Shown: positions 24,101 to 36,354 of the stretch, piece by piece
Layout of the letters: every line of letters begins with the position of its first letter
How positions within the stretch are numbered: position 1 is the first letter of the stretch
Source of the DNA: Octopus sinensis
Lineage: Eukaryota
Assembly (NCBI RefSeq): GCF_006345805.1
Contig: NC_043024.1
Coordinates: forward strand, 10,850,001 to 10,914,000
Length of the DNA: 64,000 nucleotides
Direction of reading: 5' to 3'
Made by a program: the position numbers and the translations under genes
Notes under the pieces: generated by a model
Seen by the model: only the letters and a program-made list of their open reading frames with translations
The model's database searches: none
What the model was told of the DNA's origin: nothing

Positions 24101-25543
24101 AGATATAAGACGAATGTGTTTCAATTACATGTGAACCTGTCTGCCCCTTTTTCAGCTCCTTATTCTCTTTCCAGGTTAGTGTCGGCTGTGTTTAAGGTGT
24201 GTGATATCCATCGACAGGCAATCGAGGCTCGTTTGGCCGACTGCCTCAGTCCGCAGGTGGGTAGCACTGTTATGTGGTTTCTGCAACGATGGGCAGTGTC
24301 ATACCTGTTACCAGATGAAAGCTGTTATCCTCAGGTGAGTCCGTCTTTTATTCTGTACCTCCCATCATGTCTTCTGTTAACCCTTTTGCATTTAAACCAA
24401 TCCTATTCCGGCCGAAATATTAAACTCGTTTAATGTGCACTCCAGCCTCTCGTTAACCTCTCTGCAATGCCATTCTAAAAACAATTACATCATTAAAAGT
24501 CATCTCCAAAATTTTTCGGTATTTGTCATTTGGTTATATTCCATTCATTTTTGGTGTCTGTTCTCACTTTTGGTCATCAGTGATTGAGTTATAACCAAAA
24601 GAGTACAATTGCAAACACAAGTGACCAAAATGTTGTGTTGAGGGGCAGGTGTGGCTGTGTGGTAAGGAGTTTCCTTCTCAACCACATGGTTCCAGGTTCA
24701 GTCCTACAGTGTGGCACCTTTGACAAGGTTCTTCTACTATAGCCTCAGGCTGAATCGATTTGGTAGACAAAAACTGAAAGAAACCCATCATATATATATA
24801 TATGTGGAGGTGCAATGGCCCAGTGGTTAGGGCAGCGGACTCATGGTTGGAGGATCGCGGTTTCGATTCCCAGACCGGGCGTTGTGAGTGTTTATTGAGC
24901 GAAAACACCTAAAGCTCCACGAGTCTCCGGCAGGGGGTGGTGGCGATCCCTGCTGTACTCTTTCACCACAATTTTCTCTCACTCTTTCTTCTGTTGGCCT
25001 GCTCGCTTAGCCAGCGGGGTGGCGTCATTTGAAGGCTAAAACAATGCAAAGCGCATTGTGACCAGCGATGTGAGGCAACATCTGATAGCCTGGTCGGTCA
25101 CGGTGATATATATATATGAGTTTTTTGCGTAATGAGATAAAAAAACCAAGGCTGTATAGATATTAGAGCATTTATAGATAGAAGGTCTTACAGCTGTTTC
25201 TAGGATAATTAATAATATCCCTTCGTCAGAGATGGCGTGAGAGGATGGTTAAGTCATAGTTAGCTTAGATGTCATACAAAATAGAGAGCGAAGTGGAGGC
25301 AAGAAAATAGATGTAAGATATGTATAGGTATTGAATTCGTAAATCCGTTGTATAGGCATAATGGTATATATGTGTAATATTCCAATATCCTTTGAGTAAA
25401 ATCCCAAAGTCCAACAGAGTTTAATATGAGTCCATCCAAATGTAAAGTTTATAAGCAATGTAAGATTCTCTTAAAGTTGGTCATTCCCAGCAGGGAATTT
25501 ATAGAGAATGTAGCAGATTCGAGGTTTGTGTTTAAACTGACCT

Positions 25544-25591
<48 letters not shown>

Positions 25592-28500
25592 GTGTGTGTG
25601 TTTGTCTTTCACCACCACATGACAACCAGTGTCGGTGTGTTTACATCCCTATAACTTGGTGGTTTGGCAAAAGCAAGTAATAGAATAAGTATCTAGCTTT
25701 AAAAAAAGTAGGTGCTGGGGGTTGATTGGTTCAACTAAAATTCTTCAGGCAGTGCTCCAGCATGGCCACAGTCCAATGGACTGAAACAAATAAAAGATCT
25801 CACACTCTCTCTCTCTCTATGTTACCTTACTGTTGTGACCTCTTCTTCTTCCTCAGATCAGTATGGCTATAGTTTCCGCCTTTGGCCGGGACACAACTGC
25901 CTCTCAGTGGGCAGTCGACTTCCTCCTGGGGCGGATCAACTCAAACTTATCAATATGGAGTGCCGAGGAGCAACTGATGAATGACTCACTGCGGCTGTTG
26001 GTGGCCCTGGTGGAAAATAAACCAAGGTATGTAAACCAATAACTTCATACAAGACTTAATTATTGCTAACGGGTCACTCGTTATCTTCATCAATTTAACG
26101 TCCACCTTTCCATGTTTTTCAATGTTAAAGACACTGAATAAAAGACTGGAGTATCTTTGGGAGTTCTGCTGGATCAAGGCAGACCTAGGGTTAAACAGCT
26201 GTTGATATTAGTGTTGAGAACAAGGTAGTGAGCTGGCAGAATCGTTAGAGCGTAGAAACGGACGGAATGATGTATTTTGTCTGGAATGCTGAGTTCGAAT
26301 TGCGCAAAGGTTAACTTTGCCTTTCTTCCTTTCTGTGTCAGTAAAATTAGTACCAGTTGAGCACTGGGGTCTATGTAATTGGCTTACCCCCTTCCTCTGA
26401 ATTGTTAGCACACCAAGCAAACGTGGAGACACGTGGCTTAGTGGTTAGGGTGTCAGCACCATGATCATAAGATTGTGGTTTTGATTCCTGGACCAGGCGA
26501 CGCGTTGTGTTCTTGAGCAAAACACTTCATTTCACGTTGCTCCAGTCCACTCAGCTGGCAAAAATGAGTAAGTCCTATCTTCTGTTCCGGCATGGTTTCT
26601 ACGGCAGGATGCTCTTCCTAATCCCAACCGCTCCACAGTGTACTGGGTGCTTTTAACATGGCACCAGCACCAGTGTTTTTCACATGGAATTAGCACCATT
26701 TTAAAAAATAGGGGGAAATAGACAGGCCATTGGTCTCATATTCCTTAACTGGTTGACAATCTTTGTTCGATGACTAAATATGAAAGCTTATTCTGATCAA
26801 ACTCTGTTCCCTCATCTCATGAGAATGTTGCGACCATTTCTGTTTCTTGATGTCATGGTAAAGACTCCCTTCGATCATGAATAACTGTGGGATTGCACCT
26901 AGAAAGTCCCCCTCCAAAGCATAAGTCTAGGCAAGGTTGTTTGTTGAAGACCAGCAGTCATCCATGCATACCAGCCTCCCCTCTCCACACCACTGATGTT
27001 ATCCAAGGGAAAGGCAAAGGGGCCGATACAGCTTGGCACCTGTGACGTCACAACTCATTTCTACAGCTGAGTGAACTGGAGCAACGTGAAATAAAGTGTC
27101 TTGCTCAAGAGCACAACATACAGCCTTGTCTAGGAATTGAACTCACTATCTCATGATTGTGAGTCCGACGCTCTAACCACTGGGCCATGTAGCAGCCAAA
27201 ACTTGACTCTAAAACCATATTAATGTGGTTTTAGAGTCAGGTTTTGGCTACTGTGTCTGGCATGGTGGTGTCTTTTGGATACTCTTGATTATAATTTTAT
27301 ATATATCCCTGCGACGCCTTACTGGCACTTGTGCCGGTGGCATGTGAAAAAACATTCAAACGAGGTCAATGTCAGTGCCACTGGACTGGCTCCTGTGCAG
27401 GTGGCACGTAAAAAAAAACACCATTTGAGCGTGGCCGTTGCCAGTATTGCCTGACTGGCCCTCATGCCAGTGGCACGTGGAAGCACCCACTACACTCTGG
27501 AACGTGGCCAATGCCAGTACCCTGACTGGCTTCCGTGCCAGTGGAACTTGAAGAGCACCACCCAAACATGGTCGATGCCAATACCCCCTGACTTGCACGT
27601 AAAAAGCACTATCTGAACGTGATCACTGCTAGGCCCGCCTGACTGATGCATAAAACGCACCCACCACACTCTCGGAGTGGTTGGCGTTAGGAAGGGCATC
27701 CAGCTGTAGAAAATCTGCCAGATCAAGACTGGAGCCTGGTGCAGCCTTCTGGCTCACCAGTCCTCGGTCAAATCATCCAACCCATGCTAGCATGGAAAGC
27801 AGACGTTAATCAATGATGATGATAGAATTTATTAATTTTTTTAAAAGTAATGTCTTTATTTTTTTGTTGTGTGTTGTAGGTGTAACCTAGTTGTGAAATG
27901 TAAACATTTGTGGGATTTGGTGAAACAAGAAGCTAGCAACCAGCCCCCACTCATCTTGTTGTCGCCAGCATCGAAGCGTTATCTCTTGAAGGGTCTCGTC
28001 TTGGCAGGAACTGCCTCCATGGAATCGGCACAGAAGGACGAATATTGGAAATACGTGAGTCTTTGGTGGTGGCCTTTTTATTTAATGATTTTTTTGTATA
28101 TATGTGTATGTATATATATGTTTATGTGTGCGTGTATATGTATCTGTGTGTGTATATATATGTGTATATATTAATGTATATATATCACGTGATCACGTGA
28201 CCGACCAGACCATCAGATGTTGTTACACATCGCTGGTCACAATGCGCTTCACATTGTTTTAGCCTTCGAATGACGCCACCCCGCTGGCTAAGCGAGCAGG
28301 CCAACAGAAGAAAGAGTGAGAGAAAGTTGTGGTGAAAGAGTACAGCAGGGATCATCACCACCCCCTGCCAAAGCCTCGTGGAGCTTTAGGTGTTTTCGCT
28401 CAATAAACACTCACAACGCCCGGTCTGGGAATCGAAACCGCAATCCTATGACCGCGAGTCCGCTGGCCTAACCACTGGGCCATTGCACCTCCACATGTCT

Positions 28501-30508
28501 AAATATATATGTATGTATATATGTGTGTATATGTATATGTCTGAATATATATGTATGTATATATGTGTGTATATGTATATGTCTGAATATATATGTATGT
28601 ATATATGTGTGTATATGTATATGTCTGAATATATATGTATGTATATATGTGTGTATATGTATATGTCTGAATATATATGTATGTATATATGTGTGTATAT
28701 GTATATGTCTGAATATATATGTATGTATATGTTAGTTAGTTAGTTAGTTAATTTGGCTCAAAAGCAAATAGCAAGGCCATGTAGGGGGGACAAGGAGTTA
28801 AGTACAGGGTGGTGTTCATGTAAAGAGTTCAGGCCACTTGAGGTCAAGGGAGGCTTTGAACAAAGCGGTCGTCGGCATCTTCACCATCTCGTCTGGCAGC
28901 TTGTTCCACGGATCCGCAACCCGGACGGAGAAAGCTCCTCTCCTTCGGTTGAGATGAAATCGTCGCAGGTAGAGCTTTTAGGAGTGACCCCGCAGCCGAC
29001 GCTCTGGAGCAGGAGTGAAGAACAGCTCTTTCGAGAGGTTACACTTTCCGCTTATGATGCTGTGGGTGAGAATGAGTGTGTGTATGTATATATTTGTGTG
29101 TACTTATGTATGCTTATACACCAGTCTGCAAAGATCATGTATACTGTTTCTTCTCCTCTTAACAATAACAACAACCACTATATTGTCTGTTCTCTCTCTC
29201 TTTTTCTACACCAATAGGTATTACAATCGCTGCATGATCGGTTCTACCAAACCGTATGCCAGGCCGACTTCAGCAAGGTGTGCCACACGGCAGGTGTCAA
29301 AGCTAGCATCCTCAACCTGCTCGAGTCGATGTGCGGCGTCGCCCTGGCATCTCGTGTCGACATAGTCCAGCAATTATTCAACTTCCTGCACCCCTTACTG
29401 GTGGAGACTGTCAAAATATTGGGTAAGAATTTGAAACCTCTTTCTCTAGCTTCGCGCGATGATGTATGCATATGTGTTTGTCTGTTGTTAATTAAAAACA
29501 GACCTGTTGAGTCAAGTACATGAATATCGAAATAAATATCAATGGAAATAGTAGTTGTGATACCTGTGCCGGTGGCACATAAAAAGCACCATCCGAACGT
29601 GGCCGATGCCAGTGCCGCCTTGAACGGCTTCTGTGCCGGTGGCACATAAAAAGCACCATCCGAACGTGGCCGATGCCAGCCCCGCCTTGACTGGCTTCCG
29701 TGCTGGTGGCACGTTAAAAGCACCAACCGATCGTGGCTGATGCCAGACTCCTCTGGCACCTGTGCCGGTGGCACGTAAAAAGCACCCACTACACTCGCGG
29801 AGTGGTTGGCGTTAGGAAGGGCATCAAGCTGTAGAAACACTGCCAGATCAGACTGCAGCCTGGTGCAGCCCCTGGCTTCCCAGACCCCAGTTGCACCGTC
29901 CAACCCATGCTAGTGCGGAAAACGGACGTTAAACTATGATGATGATGATTCTAACCATAAGCAGCTGACCTCTCTGTTTTGTGTGGTGGTGATGGTGCTA
30001 TGTAAAAAGCACCCAGTACACTCTGTAGAGCAGTTGGTGTTAGGGAGTGCATCCTGCTGTAGAAACCAAACCAAACCAGACCGGAACCTGGTTTTGATGG
30101 TTTCTGCAAATCTGTCCAACTCATGCCAGCATGGAAAACGGATGGTAAATGGTGGTGGTGATGTCAAGTAATTCATTGCTCAATCTGTCTGTCTATTTTT
30201 CTTAAGACGGTGGGATCATATTAAAGGGAGATTTAGCTGTTATTTCTAGTTTGTCACCATGTAGAAGCTCCCTTTTCCAGGATCTTTTTCACTGTTATTT
30301 TGTCTGCTACTACATTCTGAGTTCAAATTCCGCCAAGGGCACAACTTTGCCTTTCATCCTTTCGGGGGTCAATGAATTAAGTACCAGTTATCCACTGGGG
30401 TTGATATAATTGACTTACCACTCCCTGCAAATTTCAGGCCTTGCTTCCTATAATAGAATGGATTTTTTTGCCTATCTCTGTGTGTCCATGTCTGTGTTGG
30501 ATCATCTG

Positions 30509-30541
<33 letters not shown>

Positions 30542-30558
30542 ATCTATCTATCTCTCTC

Positions 30559-30590
<32 letters not shown>

Positions 30591-31805
30591 ATCTATCTAT
30601 CTCTCTTATCTCTCTCTCTCTCAGTGTATGTATATATGTTGAACGATCTCTCTGTCTTGTTATCAGCCTTAAACTGTCACTGTATACCACCATCATCATC
30701 ATCAACATGTTAATGTCCACTTTTCTCTGCTTTGCATGGGCTCGTCAGAATATTGAAGCAGGTTTTCTACGGCCAGACGCCCTTTCTGCTGCCAACCCTC
30801 GTGTCTTTTTTGTTTTATCATTCCTCCAAACAAAATAACCCCCCCCCTATGCCTGGCCATGTGACCATGGAAGCATTGAAACCAAAGACATGGCATGTAT
30901 GAGGGTGACACTCATTTACACTCACCCGACATCCGGGCAAATAAAACACCAACTCTCACACACACACGACAGGTTTCTTTCAGTTTCTGTGTACCAAATC
31001 CACTCACAATCTCTCTCTCTCTTTTTCCCTCCACAGATCTGTACCACAATTACGAAGATGTTGTACCTCTTGTACTGGAACTATTCTCTGAAGTTGTCCA
31101 ACGTCAGCTTTGCTATCTCCCCGAGGTAAGTCTACTTCTCTTTCTCTCTCTCTCTCCATTGTTTAATTTTTGTTTCTATGCTTGCTGTATACATACAAAT
31201 GTATAAATGTGTAAACATACATTCAAGTTTATACACACACTTACGTATAAACTTGATGATGTTTCATATATATACACGCACATATAAATTTGACATGGGT
31301 GATTCTTTCTTGTCTTGGGATTCAGGGTCAAATGTCTGGGTGGAATTGCTAAAAAAAATTACACAGATGTGTAGAATGATCTGGTGGTGATACTGGGCTT
31401 TGTATTTTTTTCATAGTTCCCATGGTTACCGAGATAATCTACTATAATAATACTCTTATGTTTATGAATGAGAAAGGAAGGGGTGATGTCATTACTTGGT
31501 AGTGGGATGATGAAAACTGTACACTGAAAAAATAAATCAAACAGCGTTTCAACTCTGTGAATGTGTGTGTGTGTGCATGCACAATGGAAGTGGGATGGTT
31601 CATCTTTGTTTGCTTAGTTTTGGGGTTTATTTTTAAATTTTGTTGAATCTTGGTTGGTCAGTTATTTTTAGCATTTTGACAGAAAAATGTCATTCTAAAA
31701 TTGTTTTTTAACGTAAGCTTGCCCAAACAAGGCAAATGCTTAAACAGGGTAGATTTTACAACCACATCATCCAAACTGACCCGGTGAAACCGGGCTTAGC
31801 TGCTA

Positions 31806-31843
<38 letters not shown>

Positions 31844-34800
31844 AAAATAATATTAATAACAACGGGTAAAATTAAATTTATCAATTAATAATTAATAATT
31901 TTACCAAGGAGTTCGGTATGTTGAAAGAGCCATTATTGGTAACCTTATAACCTTATACAAAAATTCTATAATTATAAGCATAATTATTATTAGGGTTCAG
32001 CAAAAATTGCTTCACCCTCTCTCTCTCTTTCAGAGAGGCACTGAGCAGCTATACACACACGGCGGTAACTTCCGCCTACCAAATTCAATCACAAAGCTTC
32101 AGTCGACTCAGGGCTATAGTGGAAGACACTTGCCCAAAGTGCCATGCAGTGGGACGGAACCCAAAACCATGTAGCTAGGAAGCAAGCTCCCTAACCACAC
32201 AGCCATATACCGAAATTTAGAAATAGCAGTTGAACTACTATTCCACTACCATAAGATATCTCCTAGACAGTTTTACTGAACCCTAATTATAATTATACTT
32301 ATAGTTATAGAATTTATTTTTATATATATATAGCAGTATCGCCCGGCGTTGCTCGGGTTTGTAAGGGAAATAACTATAAAGCATTTTTAGAGAGTTATAG
32401 CCCAAAAATAGCAAAAAAATGCATTAAAAATGGGGAAAAAATTATGGTAAATTTTTTTTTAAATCGTTGAATCATCGTAGACATTTTTAGAGAGTTACTT
32501 CCCTTATATAATAGCGAAAAAATGCATTAAAATGGAAAAAAATGATGTTAAAAAAATGACTCATCATAGACGCGCGCTAATACCCAGAAGGGCTCAATAT
32601 GAATCACGACTATAAGATACCCGGTTTTGGTTAAACTGCACCGCAAAATGTGGGAGTAGTTAGGAATCTAAATCGTAGGAGACAGACAGCACACAACCTC
32701 CTTTTATATATAAAGATATATATGACTACAAACATGCACACCCACACACACATTCACACTTGTACATTTATGCACACACTTCTATGTATACAGTATGGTG
32801 TTTCATGTATAAGAATATAAATGCATAACGGTGCACACATGCACGCAAATGTTTTATTGTGTAAGTATCTGTATGTTCATTCTCTTTTTTCTCTTTTGCT
32901 TTTTCAGTCAGATTCCCGAAAAATCTATGAACTTGCTCTGTCACTCATCCAAACCTATTCCAAACACAATATCAGTAAGTAACTATCAATGCATTACAGC
33001 CATTACATCACCGTCTTATTGCTAGCATTGCATGTTGTGTGTATATATTTATAAATCATTGCTATTATGCAAAAGTGTCGTAAGTCCAAAACGTTGCTCT
33101 TTTTTTTTTTAATCTGAAAACGAAAAAAAATAGTTTCACCATTCCGTTTCTTTTTACATTAGCAACAGTTTCAGCTGAACAATAATACTTCGTTGCGTGC
33201 ATAAAATCGCAACTCCATGCATGTAGGATATTTTCAGTAAGAAATGTTTTTGCAAAACTGTCGTATGTGGGGCTTACTACATTTCTGAAAAATGCTAAAC
33301 CATTGTACTACACTTTGGCAACTTTCGGATTTTTTCGGTTTGAACGGCAGTTTTTAACATAATTTTCTAGGTAACTAAATACTTTTAAACTTCGTATACT
33401 GGTAGAATGTGTTTATAAAACACCTTTTTCTCTTGGCTTTATCGAGAAAATTCTATAGTTTGTAAGATATTTGTTGTTGTTTTTTTTCTGCAATTTCAAC
33501 CAATCAATGACGTCTATTGGAGGTGAAAACATTCTGTGTCGTATGAATATGTCCCTCGTTTAAGAAACAGATTGGGTTTATTTACATTTCTGAAGAAAAA
33601 AGATACCCTTCCCCCACCCCTAACCCTAAAACAGATTGAAATGCAATAGATCGATACTAGGGTCATAATTATGGGTGACAATTTCATATGACACCGCTAG
33701 AAAAAACTGCCACTCAAACCGAAAAGATCCACAGTTTCAGCTTAACAATAATAATACTTCGTTGGGTGCATAAAATCGCAACTCCATGCATGTTTCAGTC
33801 AAATATTTTTTCAAAACTGTCGTATATGGGGCTTACTACAATTCTGAAAGAAATGCTAAACCGTTGTACTACACTTTGGCAAGCAATTTTCATCTGAAGC
33901 AGCTGGAGATACGATAGTTTGACCAAAAGGACTGGCTATTGTAAGTAAATTTAAATATTGTAAAAAGTGCATTTGGCCAAATTTGGACATACCACAGTTT
34001 AACATAATAGCAACGATATATACAGTAATCCCTTGCCATATCGCGGTTCAGCTATCACAGTTTGTTATTTAAGCTTACATCTATTCCTCCATGGGGTGTT
34101 GTTTTGCATTTGTAATAAAATAGATATATACAAATTATAAAATTAAAAATAAATGTACAATACTGTTTCTATTTTGTGGATTTTCACCTATTGTCATGGG
34201 GTTTGGAATGTAACACTCACGATAGTTGAGGTATTCCTGTATATGAGAACATCTGTGTCCGTGTGTCCTTGTGTTTGTATTTGCACCCCACCATCTCTTG
34301 ACAACTGGTGTCGGTTTGTTTACATCCCTCAAACTCAGCAGCTCAACATGAAGTACTTGTAGAATAAATCCTTGGTTTAAAAAATAAGTCCTGGGGTCGG
34401 TTTGTTTGGCTGAAACCCTTCAAGGCAGTGCTCCAGTATGGCCGCTGTCTAATGGCTGAAGCAAGTAAAAGATAAAAGATACACTGACCCCTGTCCACTT
34501 AAGTAGAATGTACAGTTGCTGTTGTTGTTCATCATTATCGTTTAACGTCCGCTTTCCATGCTAGCATGGGTTGGACGATTTTGATTGAGGGCTGGCAAAC
34601 CAGACTCCAATCTGATCTGGTAGAGTTTCTACAGCTGGAATCCCTTCCTGACACAAACCACTCCGAGAGTGTAGTGGGTGCTTTTTACGTGCCACCAGCA
34701 CGGGGCTAGTCAGGCGGTACAGGTAATGACCTCGCTCGAATCTTTTTACACATGCCACCGGCACAGGTGCCAGTAAGGCGACGTTGCTAACGATCACGCT

Positions 34801-36309
34801 CGAATGGTGCCTTTTACGTGCCACCGACACAGAAGCCTGTTAGAAACGATCACGCTTAGATGGTGTTCTTGGCACCCTACTAGCACGGGCACAAGTGCCA
34901 GTAAGGTGACGCTGTTAATGATCGCACTCGAATGGTGCCTTTTATGTGCCACCAGCACAGGGCCAGTCAGGCGGTGCTGGCAATGACTTCACTCGAATCT
35001 TTTTACACGTGCCAATGAAGCGACGTTGGTAACGATCATGCTCGAATGGTGCCCTTTTACGTGCCACTGGCACGGAAGCTGGTTAGCCACTCTGGCAACA
35101 ATCCCGCTCGGATGGTGCTCTTGGTACCCTACTAGCACAGGCACAAGTGCCAGTAAGGCAACACTGGTAACGATCGCACTCGAATGGTGCCCTTTTATGT
35201 GCCACTGGTATGGAAGCCGGTTAGCCACTCTGGCAACAATCACGTTCGGATGGTGCTCTTAGCACCCTACTAGCATGGGGCACAAGTGCCAGTAAGGCGA
35301 CGCTGGTAACGATCGCACTCAAATGGTGCCTTTTATGTGCCACTGGCACAGAAGCCAGTTAGCTGCTCTGTCAACGATCACACTCGTATGGTGCTCTTTG
35401 CACCTCGCTAGCACGGATGTCAGTCATCAAATTTGATTTTGATTTTGTTGTCCACCTTTTATCCTTCGTCTAAATGGTGTTTCTTTCTTCTGTCCTCAGC
35501 TCGGAAAATTGCTGGAATCAACGATGAAGAGGAGGAGAAATACTACGACATCGTTTTACTGATGGAGATGTTAACGCATTTATTGTCTAAAGATTTTATA
35601 GATTTCAGTGGCCCTGGTAAGTTGGTTGGTCCATTTTGATCCAGGCATGGCCATCCCATCTTTTTATACATCTATGTCTGTATTGGCTTATGTGCCTTTC
35701 TTTGGTTTACATGGTAGGGTGTGATTTGTATGAGATTTAACTGCTATTTCTAGATGCTGGCAGAGCGACCACATGCAGGCTCTCTTTCTCATCAGGGAGT
35801 TGGTTGCTGTTATAATTGTTTAGCCCATGGTCAGCTCTGATCAAGCAGACTTATGATCAGGCATGACTATGCCATCGTCAGGTGGGGAGGGGATGTTGTT
35901 ATATTGGTTGTTGTGGTTGTGTGGTTAAGGAGCTTGCTTTGCTACAGTCTGGCTCCAGGTTCAGTCCTGCTGCATGGCACCTTGGACAAATGTATTCCAT
36001 TATAACCATGGGCCAACCAAACCCTTGTGAGTAGATTTGGTAGATGGAAACTGCAGAAGCCTATCGTGTTTGTGTGTGTGTTTGTCAAACCCCTACCACC
36101 ACCATTGCTTTACAACTGATGTTGGTTGGTTGACATCCCTGTAACTTAGTGGTTCAGCAAAAAAAAATTGATAGAATAAGCTCAACTAAACCCTTTAAAG
36201 TGGTGCCCCAGCATGGCCACAGTTCACTGACCGTAACAATTTAAAGATAGAAGACATGTATGAGTGGATGTGTATGAGGGTGGAGTGTAGATGTATGTGT
36301 GTATGTATA

Positions 36310-36354
<45 letters not shown>

